Shown here: piece by piece, positions 10,659-17,132 of the stretch
Position numbering within the stretch: the stretch's first letter is position 1
How the letters are laid out: each line of letters begins with the position of its first letter
Assembly (NCBI GenBank): GCA_037137395.1
Contig: JBAXKK010000003.1
Coordinates: 541-64,540 of the forward strand
DNA length: 64,000 bases
Direction: 5' to 3'
DNA from: Elusimicrobiota bacterium
Lineage (GTDB): Bacteria; Elusimicrobiota; Elusimicrobia; Elusimicrobiales; UBA9959
Notes under the pieces: generated by a model
What the model was told of the DNA's origin: nothing
The model's input: only the letters and a program-made list of their open reading frames with translations
Database searches by the model: none
Made by a program: the position numbers and the translations under genes

Positions 10659-10739
10659 GGGATTCAAGATTTAAGATTCCGGATTTAAGATTGCGGAACC
10701 GTTTTTAATCTTGAATCTTCAATCTTTAATCTTCAATCC
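10659..10739. repeat. intercistronic ~33-bp imperfect hairpin (AAGATT word family)
   Basis: Left arm is gggattcaagatttaagattccggatttaagatt. The reverse complement of the right arm is ggattgaagattaaagattgaagattcaagatt, matching at all but a few positions. Lies between rplB and rplW. Confidence 0.75.
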
Positions 10740-10743
10740 TTAT

Positions 10744-11040
10744 TTATTTGGGCAGATCCGTCAGATCAATCTTCTGTCCGGCTTTTACCGTAACCACGGC
10801 TTTTTTCCAATCCGACCGCCTGCCTTCGTAGCGGCCGACCTTGTGCATCTTGCCCATGAAAATCATGGTCCTGACTTTATCTACTTTCACCTTGAACAGC
10901 GTCTCTACGGCCTTCTTTATATCCACCTTATTGGCCTTGGCGTTCACCTTGAAAGTATAGCGGTTCTGCGCGTCCTTGATAGTGACGCTCTTCTCGCTTA
11001 ATATCGGAGATACAAGCACTTCTGAAACTGGCCTGTTCAT
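10744..11040 (-). CDS. rplW: 50S ribosomal protein L23
   Basis: PILSEKSVTIKDAQNRYTFKVNAKANKVDIKKAVETLFKVKVDKV. Confidence 0.9.
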   Translation of the reverse strand: MNRPVSEVLVSPILSEKSVTIKDAQNRYTFKVNAKANKVDIKKAVETLFKVKVDKVRTMIFMGKMHKVGRYEGRRSDWKKAVVTVKAGQKIDLTDLPK

Positions 11041-11673
11041 TTAGTCCTCCTTCTTGAGGTTGTTCACCAGAGCGGACATACCTGCGACGGTAAATATCAG
11101 GCGGCCGTGATGAAGCACTTCGTAAGCGTTGAGATTGGCGGCAAGACTCCAACCAGCTCCGGGAATGTTCCGGGAGGCCTTAAGGAAATTCTTCTCGGCC
11201 TTATCCATAACGAAAAGTATCCGCTTGCCGTCCAGAGCCAGGGTCTTGTAAAGCTCGCCCAGGGCCTTAGTTTTAATTTCTTTTAGGTCAAAGTTTTCCA
11301 TAACAAGGATGGCGCCGTCCGCCTGCCTGGCAGAAAGGGCGTCAATGAGCGCAGCCTGCCTCTTGGTCACGGACATGTCCTGCCTGTAGGAGTGGGGCCG
11401 GGGTCCGAACACGATGCCGCCCTTTCTCCACACCGGAGAGCGTGTGCTGCCGGAGCGGGCGCGGCCGGTGCCTTTCTGCTTCCAGGGCTTCCTGCCGCCG
11501 CCGGAAACTTCACCGCGGGTCTTGGTGGAGGCCGTGCCGCGGTGCTTGTTAGCGAGGTAGTACTTCACCGCTTCATGCAGAAAGTACGGGTCGGGCTTAA
11601 CGGCGAAAAGGAATTCGGGCAGTTCAAACTTCCCCACTTCCTTGCCGCTTAAATTTAAGAGTTTGGTTTCCAT
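11041..11673 (-). CDS. rplD: 50S ribosomal protein L4
   Basis: GTASTKTRGEVSGGGRKPWKQKGTGRARSGSTRSPVWRKGGIVFGP. Confidence 0.92.
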   Translation of the reverse strand: METKLLNLSGKEVGKFELPEFLFAVKPDPYFLHEAVKYYLANKHRGTASTKTRGEVSGGGRKPWKQKGTGRARSGSTRSPVWRKGGIVFGPRPHSYRQDMSVTKRQAALIDALSARQADGAILVMENFDLKEIKTKALGELYKTLALDGKRILFVMDKAEKNFLKASRNIPGAGWSLAANLNAYEVLHHGRLIFTVAGMSALVNNLKKED

Positions 11674-11686
11674 ATTTCACGCTTCC

Positions 11687-12478
11687 TTATTTTTTTATGG
11701 CCTTTTTGGGAGCCGTTTTCGCCGCCGCGGCTTTAGCTTTCGCCTTCGCGCTGATAACAGCGGGCTTGGGCACAGCTTTAACGGTCCTGACTATGTATAC
11801 AAGACAGCCTTTGGCTCCGGGCACGCTGCCGTTAAGGAGTATAAGGTTCTCTTCGGGGATAATCTTCATAACCTTCAGTTTCATCATGCTCACGGTATCC
11901 ATCCCCATATGGCCGGCCATGCGCTGACCGGGAAGAACGCGGCCCAGAGATCTTCTGGAAGCCAGGGAACCCGGAGCTCTTTCCCTGTCTGAGGCGCCGT
12001 GCGAGGCGGGGCCGCCGCTGAAATTGTGCCGTTTCATGCCGCCGGCGAAACCCTTACCCTTGGAGACGCCCTGAACATCAACGTACTCTCCGGCTACAAA
12101 GCGGGCGGCCACGGTAGCCATCTGGCCGTCTTTCACGCCGTCGATGTTATCAAGGCGGAATTCCTTCATATGGCGGATGGGGGTGATGCCAAGCTTGGTG
12201 AAAATTCCTTTGGCGGCATTATCGGTATGCTTGTCTTTGCGATGTCCGAAACCGAGACACACGGCGGTATAACCGTCTCTCTCTTTGGTGCGGGTGCGGA
12301 CCACGCGGCAGGGGCCGGCTTCAACCACGGAGACGCCGTGAAGCTCACCTTTTTCGTCAAACATCTGCGTCATGCCGATCTTTTTGCCGATTATAATTTT
12401 AAGGGCGGCAGGCATTTCCTCGGGCTGAGCCTGAGGAGCGGACTGGGGCTGTTCTGCGTTTTTGTTTTCTTCTGTCAT
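11687..12478 (-). CDS. rplC: 50S ribosomal protein L3
   Basis: GKKIGMTQMFDEKGE...GVSKGKGFAGGMKRHNFSGGPASHG. Start set at ATG 12478 behind AAGAGG. Has Gln/Pro-rich N-terminal and Ala/Lys-rich C-terminal extensions. Confidence 0.9.
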   Translation of the reverse strand: MTEENKNAEQPQSAPQAQPEEMPAALKIIIGKKIGMTQMFDEKGELHGVSVVEAGPCRVVRTRTKERDGYTAVCLGFGHRKDKHTDNAAKGIFTKLGITPIRHMKEFRLDNIDGVKDGQMATVAARFVAGEYVDVQGVSKGKGFAGGMKRHNFSGGPASHGASDRERAPGSLASRRSLGRVLPGQRMAGHMGMDTVSMMKLKVMKIIPEENLILLNGSVPGAKGCLVYIVRTVKAVPKPAVISAKAKAKAAAAKTAPKKAIKK

Positions 12479-12801
12479 ACGATTACCTCTTAATTTGTGA
12501 CCGCGCGTGGTATTCGCCGCGGCGCGCACTTCTTAAAATAGGCCGTCCGATAGGCACCGTCGCTTGAACGGCACCTAAGCAAATATTGGCAAACAAACAT
12601 TCCGTAGCCCGGGGGCTTACGGGAAAGAGTTCGCACATCAGTTGTTTTCGTTTTTATCTTATTCGTCCGCAGGCAGAGGGAATTAAGGCCGCTCCGCCTA
12701 TAGGACCGACCGTCCGTATTCCGAAGAACGCGACAGCCGATATTATAAAAACTAACCTTTTTCAAAGAAACTTCAATAAAGGTTTTTGGAACTACGGGAT
12801 T

Positions 12802-12830
12802 ATTGTAACAAAATATCTTTTGAGAGTCAA
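12802..12830 (-). promoter_or_regulatory. sigma70-type promoter for the ribosomal protein operon
   Basis: The minus strand reads TTGACT (12830-12825), a 17-nt spacer, then TACAAT (12807-12802). This is about 320 nt upstream of the rplC ATG. Confidence 0.6.
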
Positions 12831-12857
12831 AAGATATTTTACGCGATATTTATCGCG
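12810..12857. promoter_or_regulatory. two adjacent perfect palindromes (14-bp arms, then 7-bp arms)
   Basis: aaaatatcttttga-gag-tcaaaagatatttt (12810-12840) covers the -35 box and spacer. cgcgata-tt-tatcgcg (12842-12857) follows. Possible operator and/or flbD 3' hairpin. Confidence 0.5.
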
Positions 12858-12898
12858 CGGCATTTCGGGCGATGCTTTGGTTTTAAACAGGGGTGGGA

Positions 12899-13102
12899 TT
12901 ACGGGTTCACGGATTTTTTATCGGCACAGATCTTTTTCTTATACTCCACGACCTTATCCACCACTTCCTGCACCGGATCCTTTACAAGAAACCGATTGCC
13001 GGTAGAAAGATTAATAACGGTGTCTGGCGTAGCTTCCACGCTTTCTATAAGTTCGGCGTTAATGATTATTTCAACGCCATTCAATTTGTGAAGTTTTATC
13101 AC
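12899..13102 (-). CDS. flbD: FlbD-family small protein
   Basis: (M)IKLHKLNGVEIIINAELIESVEATPDTVINLSTGNRFLVKDPVQEVVDKVVEYKKKI closely follows the FlbD pattern as I remember it (MIKLTRLNG...IE.TPDT.I.L.NG.K..VKE...EV). GTG start behind GGAGG. Confidence 0.7.
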   Translation of the reverse strand: MIKLHKLNGVEIIINAELIESVEATPDTVINLSTGNRFLVKDPVQEVVDKVVEYKKKICADKKSVNP

Positions 13103-13195
13103 CTTTCCGCCTCCCGGCGCTTTTTGCCCCTGTGGGACAGCATGCGCTATATTATAGTTAATTATACCTTATGTTCTTGACGAAGGCTGCCTGCT

Positions 13196-15493
13196 TCACC
13201 CTTTTTTACCTTTAAGAGCCCATTTCATTCGCTCGGAAAACGAGCTTTCCATAAGCCGATATTTCCCAAGCTCGGCTGAAACAGCGTCGATACGGGTCTG
13301 ATAGGCTTGCGCGGCCCCGGAAGCCTCTTCTCTTAAGGCAATTGCTCCCTGCTTCTCCGCCTCTATCTGGCGAGCCGAGTCCTGAAGCCGGAGTTCAAGC
13401 TCCTGTATCTGCTGCTTGATCATCATAAGTTCGGACTCCAGCCGCGCGCGGTTCCCGCTTTCGGTCTTAAAATCCCGCACGACCCCGGCAAGCTCCGCTT
13501 CGCGTGAAAACTTAGCGGCCAGCGTCGCATCTAATTGGGCCTTAACAGAGGAATGCTCGGCGCTGAGGCGTGTAAACTCTGCGCCGAAACGCGCACGATC
13601 GGCCTCCATAGCGGCAAAACGCCTTTCATAGTCAGCCCTCACGGTCAGCAGTGAATTTAATTGCGCTTCCAGGCGTTTATAATTCTCAGCCATGGACACG
13701 CTGGAGTCCGCGTATTCTTTCCGGACGCGAGCCAGCTTTTCTTCGAAGCCGCGAGCCTCTTCGGTCAGCCGCCCGACCTCCACCTCCAGCGTCATCTTGT
13801 TATCCTCCGCCTGAGTCCTGGCAGCCTTGAGCCGCACCAGCTCATAAGCGTACTCCTGCTCCAGCTCTCGCTTAACCCCGGCGCGAATGTCGTTAACGCC
13901 GGCTTCATATTTGGCGCGCATGTCCAGATTGATGTTTTCCAGATCAGCCGCGGACGAGGCCTTAACCCTGGCCAATTCGTCCTGATTTTTTTTGTTGCTC
14001 GCCAGCATCTCTTCCTGATGCTTTTTACTGCTCGCCAGCATCTCCTCCTGCTGCTTTTTGCCGGCAGCAAGCAGCTCCTCCTGATTTTTTTTACCGATAG
14101 CCAGCAGCTCTTCCTGATGACTGCGCTGCAGATCCGACAGCCGCTGAGCGTGTCCGGCCGCGAATTCGGCGGCGTAATCGTCTTTAAATTTCTGGATCTC
14201 CGCCTGATATTTTTTCATCAGGCCCTCTATTTCCGCCTGATTCGACGCGCTCATCGCCCCCATCTCGGATTTCAATTTCTTGACATCCTCAATGCCAGAC
14301 GCCATGGCCTGAGCCATCTGCATCTTCTCCATGCGCAGGGATTGCCGCTCCTTCTCCAGCACCGCGTTGATCGCCTGCACCCGGGATACAAAACCTTTGA
14401 TCCTGACCAGCTCCGACATGGCCCGTACCTTCTCTCCAGTGACATCGGCCACCGCCTTCTCTTTTTCCTGCAGGGCAAATTCGTAGCGTATCTGGAGTTT
14501 GCGAAGTTCCTCATCCTTTTCAGTGTTTTTGCGGTCCGAGATCGCGCCGATTTCGGACTGCAGGCCGCCGACCTCTTTGCGCATCTTGTCCATTTCAAAA
14601 CGGAACTTCTCATCAGCCAGCTTGCACTCGCTGCGCGCGCTTTCCTCGCGGGCGCGCAGACCGGCGTTTTCGGCCCTCATGTCCGAAAATTCCCTCTCGC
14701 GCTCAGGAATATTTTTGATATAAGACTCAATGGAAGCTTTCTCGCGGTCAATCTTGGCCACATCATCCCTGAGCTTGGAAATTTCCTTGGCCTGCATTTC
14801 TTTTTCCATGGCCGCGCGGCGGAATTCATCTTCGACCGCCCTCAACTTCTCGGTGCTGGATTTGAGAGATCTTACTTCATCCTCTTTCTGGGAAATAGTC
14901 TTCTGCCATTGGGCTTTTTCCTCAAGCCAGCGGCGCTCCATCTCCTGAAGCCGGTAAAGAAAATGGCCCTCAACGTCTTTGGACTGGGTCTCGCGCTCCT
15001 GGATCTGCCCCTTGAGCGTCTGCATCCAGGTCTCGCGCTCGGAGACCAGCCGTGTTTCCAGGTCCTTCACCTTAGATTTAAGCGTAAGGCGCTCTTCCTG
15101 CACTTCCTGCTCGCGCCGGTCGCGGCGCAGTTTATCCTGTATGTCTTTCAGCGAAGATTCAACTTTGGAGGAGAGCGCCTCATCCTGCTGGTTTTTTAAA
15201 GTGGCCAGCAGAGCTTTCTCTTTTTCTTGGGAAACGATCTTCTCCATCTCGGTTATTTTTTTCTCAAGCCTGTCCTTGTCCTCTTTCATTCTGGCAGACT
15301 CATCGGCCTGCGTGTTCCTCTGAAAATTCTGGGGCTGATTGGGCGCGGAAAAGTTCTGGGGCTGAGAAGAAGGGAAAGCGGACACTCCTCCCCCCTGCAG
15401 CTGAGGGAGCAGCGGAGAATAGTGATTAACGCCATCCGGAGGCGTCGGAGGAGAACTCATTTTTTCCTTCTGCTTATTATCTTTGTCTTCCAT
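13196..15493 (-). CDS. long coiled-coil protein (Pro/Gln-rich N-terminus, about 700 aa of heptad-rich E/K/R/L/Q sequence)
   Basis: Composition and heptad-like periodicity throughout; no TM segment or signal peptide. Start set at ATG 15493 (MEDKDNK) behind AAGGA; the track start is a GTG 42 nt upstream. Confidence 0.7.
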   Translation of the reverse strand: MEDKDNKQKEKMSSPPTPPDGVNHYSPLLPQLQGGGVSAFPSSQPQNFSAPNQPQNFQRNTQADESARMKEDKDRLEKKITEMEKIVSQEKEKALLATLKNQQDEALSSKVESSLKDIQDKLRRDRREQEVQEERLTLKSKVKDLETRLVSERETWMQTLKGQIQERETQSKDVEGHFLYRLQEMERRWLEEKAQWQKTISQKEDEVRSLKSSTEKLRAVEDEFRRAAMEKEMQAKEISKLRDDVAKIDREKASIESYIKNIPEREREFSDMRAENAGLRAREESARSECKLADEKFRFEMDKMRKEVGGLQSEIGAISDRKNTEKDEELRKLQIRYEFALQEKEKAVADVTGEKVRAMSELVRIKGFVSRVQAINAVLEKERQSLRMEKMQMAQAMASGIEDVKKLKSEMGAMSASNQAEIEGLMKKYQAEIQKFKDDYAAEFAAGHAQRLSDLQRSHQEELLAIGKKNQEELLAAGKKQQEEMLASSKKHQEEMLASNKKNQDELARVKASSAADLENINLDMRAKYEAGVNDIRAGVKRELEQEYAYELVRLKAARTQAEDNKMTLEVEVGRLTEEARGFEEKLARVRKEYADSSVSMAENYKRLEAQLNSLLTVRADYERRFAAMEADRARFGAEFTRLSAEHSSVKAQLDATLAAKFSREAELAGVVRDFKTESGNRARLESELMMIKQQIQELELRLQDSARQIEAEKQGAIALREEASGAAQAYQTRIDAVSAELGKYRLMESSFSERMKWALKGKKG
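13986..14120. repeat. four tandem 33-bp (11-codon) repeats inside the coiled-coil CDS
   Basis: Encodes KKNQEELLAAG / KKQQEEMLASS / KKHQEEMLASN / KKNQDELARV. The DNA units all end in ...cagcatctc(c/t)tcctg(a/c)tgc. Confidence 0.8.
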
Positions 15494-15615
15494 ATACTGT
15501 TCCTTAATATGCCCGGTCCGCGTTTTAATCTTCACAATATTTTAGAAGTTACTGATTTCCTTTTGATTAAGGAATTGTTAACAGGCTGTTTAACAGGGGC
15601 TGCTATAAGCTATAG

Positions 15616-15671
<56 letters not shown>

Positions 15672-15694
15672 ATGGGGACCATAGCCGAATTGTT

Positions 15695-15720
15695 ATAAAT
15701 AAAAAAGCCGCTTCGGCTTT
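15695..15720 (-). terminator. intrinsic terminator
   Basis: Minus-strand RNA reads AAAGCCG-AAG-CGGCUUU followed by UUUAUUU. Confidence 0.75.
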
Positions 15721-15893
15721 CTTCAGGGTTCACACCCGGAAGGCAACTGAAACGGCCAACCTGAATTGTCCCGTTAGGGGCGCACCGGACACTCCTAGCG
15801 CACCGCAACCGCCCCACACTACGCCTACGCGTTTCCGACTGACTCTGCCGCGCTCCTAACGGGACACCCACTGCACTACCCGCCGCACTTCTC
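15697..15893 (-). ncRNA. candidate stand-alone small RNA (~195 nt), class unknown
   Basis: Bracketed by a consensus promoter (15900-15927) and an intrinsic terminator. It contains a 16-bp stem (GUCCCGUUAGGAGCGC...GCGCCCCUAACGGGAC) enclosing ~65 nt, plus a second hairpin CUUCCGGGU-GUGA-ACCCUGAAG. It has no credible ORF. Confidence 0.6.
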
Positions 15894-15899
15894 CGTTAT

Positions 15900-15927
15900 A
15901 TTATAGCAGATTTACAAAAATTGTCAA
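15900..15927 (-). promoter_or_regulatory. consensus sigma70 promoter
   Basis: The minus strand reads TTGACA (15927-15922), a 16-nt spacer, then TATAAT (15905-15900). The -35 hexamer contains the TGA stop of the upstream CDS. Confidence 0.7.
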
Positions 15928-17096
15928 GGGTTGCCCCTTGCCTTGTCAAGCAGCGGTCCGGCGCCGACGAGAAAGCTCCGGGCTTTTGCGTATACGGTGT
16001 CGGTCATGAGCGCGGTTTCGCTGGCTGAAATCCACGCTTTCCTTAGCTCCTCCGCCTGGGCGCCCGTAAGCTCTACTTTAAAATTCGGCTCTACGCCCTT
16101 CCCCTCCAGGGCTGCGCCTGAAGGAGGAAACATTCTTGCCACGGTAATCCTGAGCCCCTTGCCGCCGGCCCCAAGTCTGAATGTTTTTTGCAGGGAGACT
16201 CCGCCCCGGGTAGTCTCGCCTATAACTTGCGCGCCGCGCAGTTCCCGCAGAGCCTGCGCGAAAACTTCAGCCGCCATCGCGGTCCCTGAATTAACAAGCA
16301 CAACCGACTGCAGGGCCGCGAAAGGCCCTGCACCATGAGCCTCAAAAAGACGGCGGTAGCCTTTATGCCTGGACTTTATCTCAAGCACCGGCCCCGCCTT
16401 GGCCGCCAAAGCCTCAAGCAGACCGGCAGCCTCATCCGGTACGCCGCCGGCCGAATCCCTGAGATCAAATATCACTTTTTTCGCCCCCAAACCGGACAAA
16501 GCCTCCAGCCCGGCGACAATCGTGGCTCCTGAGCCTGCGGAAAACATCCTTATCCTGATAAAAGCGGTAGCCGTGGCTGGCTCGTAAAAGCCGAAGATCG
16601 GCGGAGAATAAAAAATTTTCTTTTTAATATCCGCAACTATCACGCCGGACCCTTTAGGCGTGCGCCGCTCCACTTTCAGCCTGAACCCTTCGGCCGCGCG
16701 CGCCAAACCCAAAACCGCGTCCGCAGTGGCCGCAACACCGTTCACTTCAAGCACCCTGTCTCCGTCCCGCAAACCGGCTGCCATACCGGGAGATCCGCGA
16801 AACACCCTGATCAGGTAAAAAGCGCCGCCCCACTCACTTAGCAGCAGACCGGAGGATAAGCCCGCCGCTCCGGGCAATTCTTTTATTTTTTTCCTGGCCG
16901 CCACAACCTCGGCGTGACGGTCCAGAAGCTTAAGGCCATCCACGCCCCTGGAGCGCAACAAGTCCCGTATCCTCTGCGGGGAGTATTCCTCATAGCTGTG
17001 CGCCTCAAACACATTAATAATGCCCGGGCTCAGATCTTTATCGGCGCAAGCCGCGGCAAAAAGGAAAATCACAGGCAGAAAAATTTTCTTCATCAT
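15924..17096 (-). CDS. S41 (C-terminal processing) peptidase homolog with PDZ domain, predicted catalytically inactive
   Basis: Signal peptide; PDZ-like GSPGMAAGLRDGDRVLEVNG; S41 core DLRDSAGG...VLVNSGTAMAAEVFAQAL...GETTRGGVSLQ. Alignment to the bona fide Ctp at 49061-50356 shows Ser->Met and Lys->Gly at the catalytic dyad positions. Confidence 0.75.
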   Translation of the reverse strand: MMKKIFLPVIFLFAAACADKDLSPGIINVFEAHSYEEYSPQRIRDLLRSRGVDGLKLLDRHAEVVAARKKIKELPGAAGLSSGLLLSEWGGAFYLIRVFRGSPGMAAGLRDGDRVLEVNGVAATADAVLGLARAAEGFRLKVERRTPKGSGVIVADIKKKIFYSPPIFGFYEPATATAFIRIRMFSAGSGATIVAGLEALSGLGAKKVIFDLRDSAGGVPDEAAGLLEALAAKAGPVLEIKSRHKGYRRLFEAHGAGPFAALQSVVLVNSGTAMAAEVFAQALRELRGAQVIGETTRGGVSLQKTFRLGAGGKGLRITVARMFPPSGAALEGKGVEPNFKVELTGAQAEELRKAWISASETALMTDTVYAKARSFLVGAGPLLDKARGNP

Positions 17097-17132
17097 ACGC
17101 TCCAGAAATCAAATCCTGTCAGGAAATATTGT

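Noticed and set aside
12490-12765. 91-aa ORF in the rplC leader, considered as a possible divergent rpsJ
   Set aside because: The sequence (MKKVSFYNIGCRVLRNTDGRSYRR...) has no resemblance to S10, overlaps the rplC start and lacks an SD.
13661-15199. 512-aa plus-strand ORF antisense to the coiled-coil gene
   Set aside because: It is a Leu/Phe/Arg-rich shadow frame of a highly periodic E/K/L/Q coding sequence. It has no start context and no recognisable domain, whereas the minus-strand frame has coherent coiled-coil composition and an SD.
15697-15893. Assigning the sRNA to SRP RNA, 6S RNA, tmRNA or RNase P RNA
   Set aside because: I could not find the SRP helix-8 consensus (GGAA tetraloop with a flanking AGCA), the RNase P GGAAAGUCC element or a tRNA-like end. 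A 6S-like shape is possible but cannot be established by eye. I left the class unknown pending covariance-model search.
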